Source of the DNA: Octopus vulgaris
Taxonomy: Eukaryota
NCBI GenBank assembly: GCA_951406725.2
Contig: OX597815.1
Coordinates: 159,030,001-159,094,000, forward strand
DNA: 64,000 nt
Direction of reading: 5' to 3'
Part shown: piece by piece, positions 40,990 to 53,899 of the stretch
How positions within the stretch are numbered: position 1 is the first letter of the stretch
Layout: every line of letters begins with the position of its first letter
Translations under genes and position numbers: made by a program
Notes under the pieces: model-generated
What the model saw: only the letters and a program-made list of their open reading frames with translations
What the model was told of the DNA's origin: nothing
Databases searched by the model: none

Positions 40990-41395
40990 TAATTTCGCGA
41001 TATTGCCTGAAGGATCGTAGTTATATACCTCGCGTGTGTGAATGGAAACTTGGCTAATGATGAAATGAATTCACTAATTGTTTTCTGAGCATATAAAATT
41101 TTCTTCGTGCTTTTGTCTTCTTGTTTTTTTTCTGTACTTTGTATACATACAAGTGTGTGTGCGTACACTCAGACACATACTTACAAATACATACACAAAC
41201 ACACACATGTGTGTGTCTGTACATAATTTTATAGACATATATATCTCTATCTATCAGTTTAAGTTATAAGAATTAATCAACTTTCGAGAGAACATGATAA
41301 TTCTTTTTTTGGAGTTGGATCTCGTAGCACAAAGCTATAAATAATTCCATGTAAATTTTGGGCTGAAAAATCCTTTTGGAAAGAAAAAAAATTGA

Positions 41396-41466
41396 TGGCT
41401 GACAGTAGGAATCGAACCCACTGCTGTTGCCATGACAGGCGTTCTATCATTGGACCAAAGCAATCC
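41396..41466 (-). pseudogene. tRNA-like sequence (pseudogene or SINE head)
   Basis: Minus strand ...tggtccaatgata...cagtgggttcgattcctactg tcagcca; intact T-arm/B box, degenerate acceptor and anticodon arms. Confidence 0.5.
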
Positions 41467-41678
41467 TTCGAACTTTTTTTATTCATTTGAAAATCTATAT
41501 TCTTACCAGCGAGAATTGTATGTTGCTGACGTCATAAGAATTGATAAACTTCCGAGAGAACGTGAAATAATTATATTTTGAAATTTGATCTCGAAGTACA
41601 CATATCTACACCCCACAACACATACACATATATATAGATATGAATGTATGTATTCATCTTACCACTACTCAAATGTGC

Positions 41679-42064
41679 GTGGAGGCGCAATGGCCCAGTG
41701 GTTAGGGCAGCGAACTCGCGGTCGTAGGATCGCGGTTTCGATTCCCAGACCGGGCGTTGTGAGTGTTTATTGAGCGAAAACACCTAAAGCTCCATGAGGC
41801 TCCGGCAGGGATGGTGGTGATCCCTGCTGTACTCTTTCACCACAACTTTCTCTCACTCTTACTTCCTGTTTCTGTTGTATCTGTATTTCAAAGGGCCGGC
41901 CTTGTCACTCTCTGTGTCACGCTGAATATCCCCGAGAACTACGTTAAGGGTGCACGTGTCTGTGGAGTGCTCAGCCACTTACACGTTAATTTCACGAGCA
42001 GGCTGTTCCGTTGATCGGATCAACCGGAACCCTCGTCGTCGTAACCGACGGAGTGCTTCCATCC
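41679..42064 (+). mobile_element. Young tRNA-derived SINE family C, full length
   Basis: ggaggcgcaatggcccagtggttagggcagcg...ggtttcgattccc head; 12-bp TSD actcaaatgtgc; near-identical to 60569-60953. Confidence 0.92.
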
Positions 42065-42650
42065 ACTCAAATGTGCACATATACAGATGTATATTTGGAT
42101 GCAGGTGTGCACATAGGTATCTCTCTCCCTCACTCTTCATCAACCATTTACAGATTCATTTGGATACTTACCCTCCGGCTGCACCTCTCCTACACACGGA
42201 TCACAGTGGATTCTACTCTTGATGAGAAATCCTTGCAATACACTACGACTTCTAAAAACCTTTGAACTTTACATAATACTGCTGCTATTATTGTCATTAC
42301 TTTATTTTAATACTTTCTAAAAATTTCCTGTATTTTTCTCTCCTTGTTTTTTCTGTGTCCTTTTCTGTAGAAGAGCGTAGGCTCGAAACGTAAAAGACTT
42401 TTTCTATTCCTGAGCGTTATACTAATACATCTGTTTGTTTTGTACACCACCTGTCTTCGTCTTTTGTTTTTTTCGTAAACTCTCCCTATATATATATAGT
42501 CAACAGACAAAATCCAAAGATTCTCAGTATAGAAGACACTTAATAGCGCTCAAATGATTCAATGTCTTTACCGGGGATTCAATGTCTTTACAGGGGATCA
42601 ATTCTGCGGAGTAAAGACTGGCTATAAGAAGGATCAAGTTGAGCAAATAT

Positions 42651-43383
42651 GGAGGCAATTATGCAGATAAACAAATTAAGTATATTAAATATAACAGTTT
42701 GGGTATGAAATACAACATATGTATATATGTATAAATGAAAAACGAGAAAAAGCAAAGAGAGGAGACTTTCAGACGATGAGTATTTGTGTATAAATATATA
42801 GATATTTATATTAATAGATCCCACTTACCATCCCACTTAATACCTTCATTATCAAACCCCTTCTCTGTTCTTGAACTACCTCCCTTATCTCCTCTCACCT
42901 TTCCCAGTCCTAACACTCCATAACCCCACCGACCCTTCTACTTCCTCCCTCTAATACTGCTTGCTCTCCACATTTAAATCACTTCACCTTTGAACTTCTC
43001 TGCACTGTGATATGAAAATGAAGTTCATTTCTACCCGGATAACGGCGGTTGGATTTATCTAATTTTGATTGCTTCTATTAAGGCTTGCATTTTATGAACT
43101 ACAACTACGAACATTAAGATAGATGTCCGAGTTCCCAAGAAACAGCTGTTGGACTTGTAACACCTTACTTTCCCACCACCCTTCTCTCTGTCGCTTGTAC
43201 TCTGTGTAAATTGGATCTATTAATATAAATATCTATATATTCATTCTCAAATATTCATCGTCTGAAAGTCTCCACTCTATGCTTTCTCTCGTTTTGCATG
43301 TATACATATACACATATTCTGTATTTCCTACCCAAGCTGTTATAGTTAATATGATAAATTGGTTTATTCGCATAATTACCCCA
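42651..43383. mobile_element. Penelope-type remnant with ~170-bp diverged terminal inverted arms
   Basis: Arms 42651-42821 and 43213-43383 are reverse complements; collapsed hammerhead remnant gtcc...GAAA-cagctg-tt-ggac at ~43124-43154. Confidence 0.6.
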
Positions 43384-43446
43384 CCTCTCTCTCTCTCCCT
43401 CTCTCTCTCTCTCCCTCTCTCTCTCTCTCCCTCTCTCTCTCTCTCA

Positions 43447-43495
<49 letters not shown>

Positions 43496-43630
43496 CACAC
43501 ACTCATATTCTTTAACAAGAATAGTATTGATAGTGACTACGAATTAACAATATGTACTCTACAAAAAGTATTGAGCAATCCTGCAGTTTAATGTAATCTA
43601 TTGTTTTTCATTATAACAATATAAAGTAAG

Positions 43631-44051
43631 GGATCTTTTCGGTTTGAACGGCAGTTTTTTCTAGCGGCGTCATATGAAATTGTCACCTATAATTATGACC
43701 TTAGTATCGATCTATTGCATTTCAATCTGTTTTAGGGTTAGGGTTAGGGTTAGGGATGGGGGGAAGGGTATCTATTTTCTTCACAAATGTAAATAAACCC
43801 AATCTGTTTCTTAAACGAGGGACATATTCATACGGCAGAGAATGTTTTTTACCTCAATAGACGTCAGTGATTGGCTGAAATTGCAGAAATTGAAGAAAAA
43901 AACAACAAATATCTTACAAACTATAGAATTTTCTCAATAAAGCCGAGAGAAACAGATGTTTTATAAACACATTCTATCAGTATACGAAGTTTAAAATTTT
44001 TTAGTTACCTAGAAATTATGTTAAAAACTGCCGTTCAAACCGAAAATATCC
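43631..44051. mobile_element. MITE with GG-starting ~28-bp TIRs, 8-bp TSD and internal (TTAGGG)4 (Merlin-like)
   Basis: ggatcttttcggtttgaacggcagttttt / aaaaactgccgttcaaaccgaaaatatcc; TSD aaagtaag / aaagcaag; second copy at 61612-62035. Confidence 0.85.
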
Positions 44052-44409
44052 AAAGCAAGCATTAACATGCACAGACACACAAACTCACACATATACATAC
44101 GTGAACACATGTGTGAGCGTATTATGCTTTGTCTATACACGTACATGCGTCGATGAATGAAAAATATACGCGCATGTGTACGTATATGTTATGTATGCAC
44201 GTGTAAAGAGTACTTGGTTGTCAGGCAATTAACCAAAAAGACTAATATGATACGATAGAGTATTAGATTGTATTACAATTTAATTGTTTTTGTCTGCGGC
44301 TTATTAGGCTGCCAGAACTCACGGAACTCGCTGCTCTTTATTCTTCCCGCTAATATGGTGTCTGTGTATCTCATTGTTCCTATAACTGTATATACATGTG
44401 TGTGTGTGT

Positions 44410-44449
<40 letters not shown>

Positions 44450-44479
44450 ATGCATATACATACATATATACATACAGAC

Positions 44480-44546
<67 letters not shown>

Positions 44547-44821
44547 TGTATATGTATATATATATATATATATGTATGTATATATATATGTATATATATA
44601 TATATATATGTATATATGAGTAATTGAATGAATTATCTTATTAAGGATAATTCGAAAGATAACCGATACCTGGGTAGCAAATTCACATCAGAAAGAACAC
44701 GGTTGAAGCTACGTCGCTAGGGCATAGACTACGTGTCTTCGTGCGGAAATTTGTATGTTTATTTTAAAATTATAAGTATATGAAAGAATGGAGTTGAACG
44801 ACTAGTTAACAAATATCCTTT

Positions 44822-44906
44822 ATTCTCGACATATGTTTCGAAGGCTGCATATTCCTAATTCCGAAGGAATAAGGAGTACATTACGCAGATTTCTCTTCAG
44901 GAAAAT
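44822..44906 (-). ncRNA. Type I hammerhead motif with intact core and GUC cleavage triplet
   Basis: Minus strand attttc-CTGAAGA-gaaatctgcgta...tatgcagccttc-GAAA-catatg-TC-gagaat. Confidence 0.75.
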
Positions 44907-44911
44907 CAAGG

Positions 44912-45360
<449 letters not shown>

Positions 45361-45646
45361 TTTATAGAAATTAAAAATTAGACCGAAAAGGTTTACAGGG
45401 GTAGAGGAAGGGAGCGGTTGTTTATTTTAAAAATATTTTGTTAAAGTTTTTAATGAATAATTATATTGTATAAAATAATCGGTTTGATTGAAAGAAAAAT
45501 ATTTTAGATTGTAATTTTCACATATGGCTGTTAACGTCAGTGCAGCCCACGTAAATCAAAAATACTTCACCTCTGTCGCAGGGTGTTGTTTGAAGGATAT
45601 TAGACTGTCATTTCTTGCAGGCTGAACGGCCACGTAGCTTCTGTGT

Positions 45647-45739
<93 letters not shown>

Positions 45740-45929
45740 CACCAGGTGAGAGTTACTGATGAGAATTATTCAAATCCGAAATCATCGATAATATGGCTCT
45801 GTCTCGCTTGTGATAGGGAGCTAGTCTTCCTTATTACCCATTAGATAAGTGCTTCTCGTGGCTAAGAGTTGTTCTGACTTCTTTCTAGCAATACTGGTTC
45901 TAACTAGTACCCTTAGTCACCTTAGTAAC

Positions 45930-45975
<46 letters not shown>

Positions 45976-46236
45976 CCGTCTTGGGATGTTTCTTTCTCCT
46001 ATGTTTCCGACGAAGAGCTCCGCTCGAAACGTCAAACCCTCCTTCTTCCCTTCTTTCCTGAGCGTCCAATAATACTTTATTTGTTCCACATCCTTGCGTT
46101 GTTGTTTTTTTTTTGTTTTTTTGTTTCCTTGTTTGGATTAACTTTATATATATATATATATGTGTTTTCTTTCCTCCACCTCACTCTATTTTGTATCCCA
46201 TCTATATTAATTATTACTTAACCTTCCTCTCACACC

Positions 46237-46288
46237 GTCTCCGATGAAGGGATATAATTAATAAATATCCTGGAAACAGCTGCAAGAC
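46237..46288 (+). ncRNA. Degenerate hammerhead motif
   Basis: gtct-CCGATGA-a-gggatat...atatcctg-GAAA-cagctg-ca-agac; another at 46003-46037 (gttt-CCGACGA-a-gagc-tcc-gctc-GAAA-cgtc-aaac). Confidence 0.55.
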
Positions 46289-46377
46289 CTTATATCTATA
46301 AATGTTCTAATATCTACACAGCCTTGGTTTTTTTTATCTTATTACGCAAAAAAATTCTTATATATATATATATTTTC

Positions 46378-46448
<71 letters not shown>

Positions 46449-46449
46449 A

Positions 46450-47360
<911 letters not shown>

Positions 47361-47456
47361 TATATAATGTAATATTTTGAATTCGCCTTAAATGGTCCTT
47401 TTACATACTGAACACTTGGTGAAATTGATTAATTAATTAATTTTACCCTCAATTGT

Positions 47457-47518
<62 letters not shown>

Positions 47519-47892
47519 ATATTAAGTAGGAACACGCACACACATGTATGTATATTATATATGATTTAATGAATACATGAGTTATTCATGAGCTACTTCA
47601 AGTTTTTTTATGCTCAGATAGTACAGCAATGGGACAGGCTTGTATAGTGCACTAAGCACTACCCAGTCTTTCAGGCTCAAACGACAGAGTTACTTTGTGA
47701 AGAAATGCTAGAAAGTACGAGAAAACATAAAGGGGAAAGGAGGATAAAGGTTATGTTCCTGTAATTGCTAAATGAAGAAAGTTGCAATGTTGAATATTTA
47801 CACCTAAAAAACAAAACCAACAAAATAACGGAAACTATGCCTAGTTGGGGTAGTCGGATGGAGAAAAGACTAACCTGCATAATCCAGTTCGA

Positions 47893-48275
47893 TAGCAAAA
47901 ACTTGTCCAGATGCAAACATCTTGTAACAACCTGTGATCTCCAGTTTAAAATGCCGGTACAGTTCATCAATATAATAAGGACATGTGTCCCTCCAGCTAT
48001 ACACAGCCTGCAATTTTTGGCCAATTAATGTTTGGCCCAGGTCTCTCTACGATATTCCACTTGATGGTGTTTGATATATCGCTGTTCTTCAGGACCTTGG
48101 CGTGGCTTGCGAGCGTTATGCTGCTCTTTTTGTCTACTTGCTAGAAAGAATATTGGTATTGTTATATCACTTTTCGAAGTCGCTTTCGCTCAGTCCAATA
48201 CAGTTTTTTTTTTCTTTCGGTTCCCTTATTTCAGTGAAAAAAGTGACTCCGTCTTCGTAAATCATCGAGCTAACC
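47893..48275 (-). mobile_element. Penelope-like element GIY-YIG endonuclease fragment
   Basis: Minus translation SMIY...CIGLSESDF..YNN...TLASH..LK...IKWNIVER...KNCRLCI...ILNWRSQVVTRCLHLDKFLL matches the PLE EN C-terminus (C..C, LN.R.E, CRH). Confidence 0.75.
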
Positions 48276-48333
48276 CTGCATACCTAGTCTAGTGGGGAAG
48301 TATCTCTGTGTGTATGTGTTTGCGTGTGTATAC

Positions 48334-48388
<55 letters not shown>

Positions 48389-48670
48389 TGCGTGCGTGCG
48401 TGCTTGTGTGGTGCAGATGAAAAGAAAAGTATGGTAATCATTTAATATTTTACGTAGATAGGCATTTCTTGAGATCATGTCGGTTTAGGTCAGATCATAA
48501 AATTTTGTATTTTATTATTTCAAAAACAAAAGCAGCTCGGTTTTAACTCTTTATCCTACTTCTTCGGTTCTCTCTAAGTGCATTTAAAATGTCTACATTA
48601 ATATATCTGACATTAAACTAGTAAGCTAGATATCTATACAGCTATCTTTCACTCGCAATGTTTCTGTTCG

Positions 48671-48749
<79 letters not shown>

Positions 48750-48754
48750 GTCTA

Positions 48755-48794
<40 letters not shown>

Positions 48795-48932
48795 CATGCC
48801 TGTCTATCTTTCTATTTTTCTATGTATCTATATTTGAGTCTTTCTATCTGTCCATGTATCTACTTGTTTGTCTATCTGTGTATCTATGTTTTATCTAGCT
48901 TACTATCATCTCTATCAATATACAATATATCA

Positions 48933-49004
<72 letters not shown>

Positions 49005-49418
49005 GCACACACATAAACTAGCTCCTGTAGAAGGCTTTTCATTGGGTCTTAGGCCCAACAATGACACTTCGTGGATTGAGTACATATTTAAATGTTATTT
49101 AACTTGAACAATATTTTCCAAACAATGAACTATTTTCATCAGAACAATGATATAATTTGTCGACTTGGAAACAATTGCAGAGACGCATGATAAACAACAT
49201 TTTTGTCTTCCCATTCAGGGTCAGGACACACAAACACGCACACACACACATATATATACAACGGGATTCTTTCAGTTTCCGTTTACCAAATCCACTCACA
49301 AGGCTTTGGTCGACCCAAGGCTATAGTAGAAGACAGTTTCCCAAGGTGTGACGCAGTGAGACTCTACTCGGAACCATGTATATGTAAGCAAGCTACTTAC
49401 CACACAACCACTCCCGCA

Positions 49419-49477
<59 letters not shown>

Positions 49478-49502
49478 CTTCAATAACATCGATGCCATTG
49501 TA

Positions 49503-49700
49503 CCGTATTTTCCGGCATATAAGTCAAGGTAGTATATAGTTTGAATATGTAGCGTAAACATTCAAACATCTTCACCATCTTTCCAAATCCTTCTTATTTT
49601 CTGTGGAATATTTGGTACTGCAAAGTCATCTTGGTGTATAAGCCTTTCCTGGCTGTAAATTTTGTTCTGAAAATTTCGACTTTTATTACACCTTTCACAT
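49503..49700. mobile_element. Pogo/Tigger-type MITE remnant
   Basis: TA|ccgtattttccggcatataagtc left TIR; right end degraded. Confidence 0.4.
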
Positions 49701-50072
49701 AAATATCCCAAAACTTTCAAACGTTAATGCTTCTGTTGATTTTTCTCAATGTCAATGAACGAACAAGAATATTATGTGATGCCCCAAAATATCTCAGAAA
49801 CTGCATATAAAGTTGTAGTGTTTTAGACCGCAATGAACTTGCAGAGACAATGTGTTTTATACCTATTCCAGAATAAGATTTCTGAATAAATAAATACATA
49901 AATACAAAAAAAGAACATAGAACATATATAAAATATTATCTTGCACCGAAATGTCTTTAATTTGGTGAGGGTAAAAGTATTTTTGTGAAACTCTAGTTAT
50001 TGTATTTAGCAACAAAATCAAAACAAACGAATCTCAGCACTGAATGACGTTTTTGTATACATACACACATAC

Positions 50073-50139
<67 letters not shown>

Positions 50140-50179
50140 CACATACAAACACACGCATACATAGATGTATGTATGTATG

Positions 50180-50219
<40 letters not shown>

Positions 50220-50501
50220 TTGTGTGTGTGTGTGTGTGTGTAAAACAGCTTTGTTATAATGTAGATTATGATATTAGAAATGTATAAAATGCAACAAAAA
50301 ACATAAGTGACAGCCTTAAACTTAAGTACGTTTGGATCTCTTATTAATAAGTTGATAAAAGAACTTAGAATATAAAACTTATATACATACATACATACAT
50401 ATATACACATAATAAATATAACATTACATATGTATATATATATATATATATATAAATACATGTGTGTATGTATACGTACAATATATTCATATGCATATAC
50501 G

Positions 50502-50538
<37 letters not shown>

Positions 50539-50879
50539 GTATATATATATATATGTGAACCCACTCGCACACACATACCACACATACATGCGCGCACACA
50601 TACATATAATGAGAGAGAAATAGTGAGATGTTGTCATAAGCAAACTAATATACAGATTGCTCTTTTAATAAATCTAATGTTAAAATATTGCTTCATAATG
50701 AATGTCTATTTACTCATATGACGGAATGACGGCAGACATTTTTTTTTATTGTCATTTTAGTTGATTAGTATTTCTTTAATAATTTCATTACATAAATAGG
50801 TGTGGTCTTTGCTTCAGTCCCCCTGTGCGGCGGTTTGGGCTTCCACAATAGCTTCAAGCCGACCAAAGCCTTGTGAGTG

Positions 50880-50929
<50 letters not shown>

Positions 50930-51339
50930 GCGTGTTTATTATGGTAGTTTTGACTTTAAGAGTCCCTCCTAGCGTGAGGCATTTATGTATAGTAATGCCC
51001 TTAATATAAATAAATATATTTAAAGGGAAAAATTTATTAATTTTTCCCTTATGAGGTTTTTCACGCTAACTACTTGATAATTTCTTATAAAGATTTTATC
51101 CTATTTTAAAATTATATATATATATATATATAGTTAAGAAATGGAGAAGATAAAATCTGGGCTACGCATGTTTCTAGTGAGCGGAACCTCAGAAGTGGTA
51201 AACGTCCAAGCGAAGTGTATACTGCAGGCTACTCTTCAGGTCAAGGATATTTTGATTAAATGAAAGTTTACATTGTCGCAAGGAGGTACATGTTAACACA
51301 TGGAAGATTGAATGTGTGTGTTTGTGTATTTGTGTGTGA

Positions 51340-51407
<68 letters not shown>

Positions 51408-52652
51408 ACAGGCACACACTCACATATATATTTTAAAGAAGGCTGTTGTGTGAGGCCGGAACAATGTGAGAAGGTACAAAGTAAACTACAAAAGGAAAAG
51501 AAAATAGAACTAAGTTGCAGTCTTTGTATTTCTATATTTCTGGGTAAAGATACCTTCTGCAGGACATATGGAAAAAACGCCACGCATCCTTTTCCAAGTA
51601 AGTTTTATCTTAATAATTATGATGCGCACTCTTCGTCTATATCTCTCCCTCTCTTGTTCTTCATCCTTTCTGGTTTTCTCTCCCACCCTTCCCTATTCTT
51701 CCCTTCTCCCCTTCACCGTTCCCTCTCTCATACTCCTCACCCTCCTCCTCCTCGACTCTCTCGTCACTGACACGTGACCAGAGGGAAGCCATCTTTCCGA
51801 CTGCTATCTTCACCAAAACAAGACTGCTTATCCTGTCCCTCTCACAAGCTGTCTCCTTAATGCGTTCACAATAATTTTTCCATCGTCTTGACTTAACAGC
51901 CCTCAACGTTTGTTTTTACTGTGTTTTTCTATTTGTCCTGTCTTTTACTGGTTTTACTTGTATTGTTTTTACTATCTTGTTTTGTTGTTACTGTCCTGTT
52001 CTTGTTACCACTTTTACCTCTCCGCAAAAAAATCCCAAATTTTATTTAATTTGCTTTGCGGGAAGGAGTGTTTCAACAAAGTCGCGTCCTGTCCTTACCT
52101 TCGAACGCGGAGGAGACGAAACAGGGACAACTGAAGAAGGGGAATATTCCTTGAGTTGTATGTCTTGTACTCTATTTTTTCGTTGTCTGAAAAAAGTTCG
52201 TTTCCATGTTTTTGTTTTTATGTTTTCGCTTCTCATTGTATTCAACGTTTTTTTGGTGTCCTGTACCCATATATGCATGTATATATACATATATATGTAG
52301 GTATGTACATATATGTATATATATATGCATATATTTATATATTATTTATATTATTATATGACCGAACGCCACGCATCTTTTCCAAGTAAGTTTATCTATG
52401 TACGTATATATGTATGTATGTATATGTGTATAGGTTTGTGTGTCTGTGTTTGTCCCCTCCAATATCACTTGACAACCGATGCTGGTCTGTTTACGTCCCC
52501 GTAACTTAGCGGTTTGGCAAAAGAGACCGATAAATTAAGCACTAGGCTTACAAAGAATAAGCCCTGGGGTCGATTTGCTCGACTAACGGCCGCAGTCAAA
52601 TGATTGAAACAAATATGATAAAAAAGAAAAGAAAAAGAATATATATGCACAC

Positions 52653-52754
<102 letters not shown>

Positions 52755-53173
52755 CACATACATCCATACAAGTATTGTGACATACACTCGAATGTAATTT
52801 TGCACATATGGTAACATACATTTACACACGCACACATCCGCGCGCGTATGTATTACAAAATATACACCATGTTTATATTCAATTATGAATACATCAATTA
52901 AGAAACTGACGCCAAGAAAATTCATCCCATTTCGCACATTTTCTTCGTCTTAATTGTCTTTCCTCCCACACCGTTTCCTTTTGTGTTACCTTAGGGCTAC
53001 CCTGTTGTCGCTGGTCCCACATTGCAGACAGTCTAAAAGCAATAACAGACACAAAAGACGAAAAGAACGCTTCCACCCACAAAAAATTCTGTCGGAAGCA
53101 TTCTGTTTCCTTTCCCCACAATTGCTCCTGAAAAGAAAGCATCTTTAGCCTGAAGTTAATATTTATCCCCTCC

Positions 53174-53282
53174 TAAACGTAGATGTTCTGTTAGAACAAA
53201 CTATACTACGGTCGTGACTCTGAGAGAAACTCTCATGGTATCTACAGCAGTATAGTTTGTTCTATCAGAACATTCACGTTTA
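53174..53282. repeat. ~34-bp inverted repeat with inner hairpin
   Basis: taaacgtagatgttctgttagaacaaactatact / agtatagtttgttctatcagaacattcacgttta; inner tgagag-aaa-ctctca. Confidence 0.85.
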
Positions 53283-53344
53283 AGTGAGCATATATATATT
53301 ACTTCTCAGTATTAATACTGTCTCTCCCACTAATTATAAATATA

Positions 53345-53376
<32 letters not shown>

Positions 53377-53814
53377 CTGTTAGATGCAGCACGTATATAT
53401 ACGGTTAGATGCAGCACGGACTTTGTCAGTGAACAGGTCGCGGATTTTAGCGACGAAAATATTTTGACAAATTAAACTTAAATGTTGAAGTGAATCGAAC
53501 GGCTTTTGTGTGTTTCTTAAATGGCTTATAAACACCTTCCACGCTGCAATTGTTTTCGTTTCAGCACACGATCTCAGATCAAATTACTTGCTATGCGAGT
53601 ACATCTCCGTAATATATATATATATATATATGATAGATGGTAGACACTACACACATTTTTTTTCTCTCCTTGTTTCTTTCTGTGTTCCTTTCTGTGGAAG
53701 AGCGTAAGCTCGAAACGTTAAAGACGTTTTCACTTCCCGAGCGTTAAACTAATACATCTGTTTGTTTTCTACACCACCTATCTTCGTCTTTTGTTTTTTT
53801 CATGAATTCTCCCT

Positions 53815-53899
<85 letters not shown>

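Noticed and set aside
41679-41755. SINE heads (also 31865, 46710, 60571) as functional tRNA genes
   Set aside because: Acceptor stems do not close, and they continue into SINE bodies, most with TSDs.
43732-43755. (TTAGGG)4 as a telomere or fusion scar
   Set aside because: Internal to a MITE present twice in the window.
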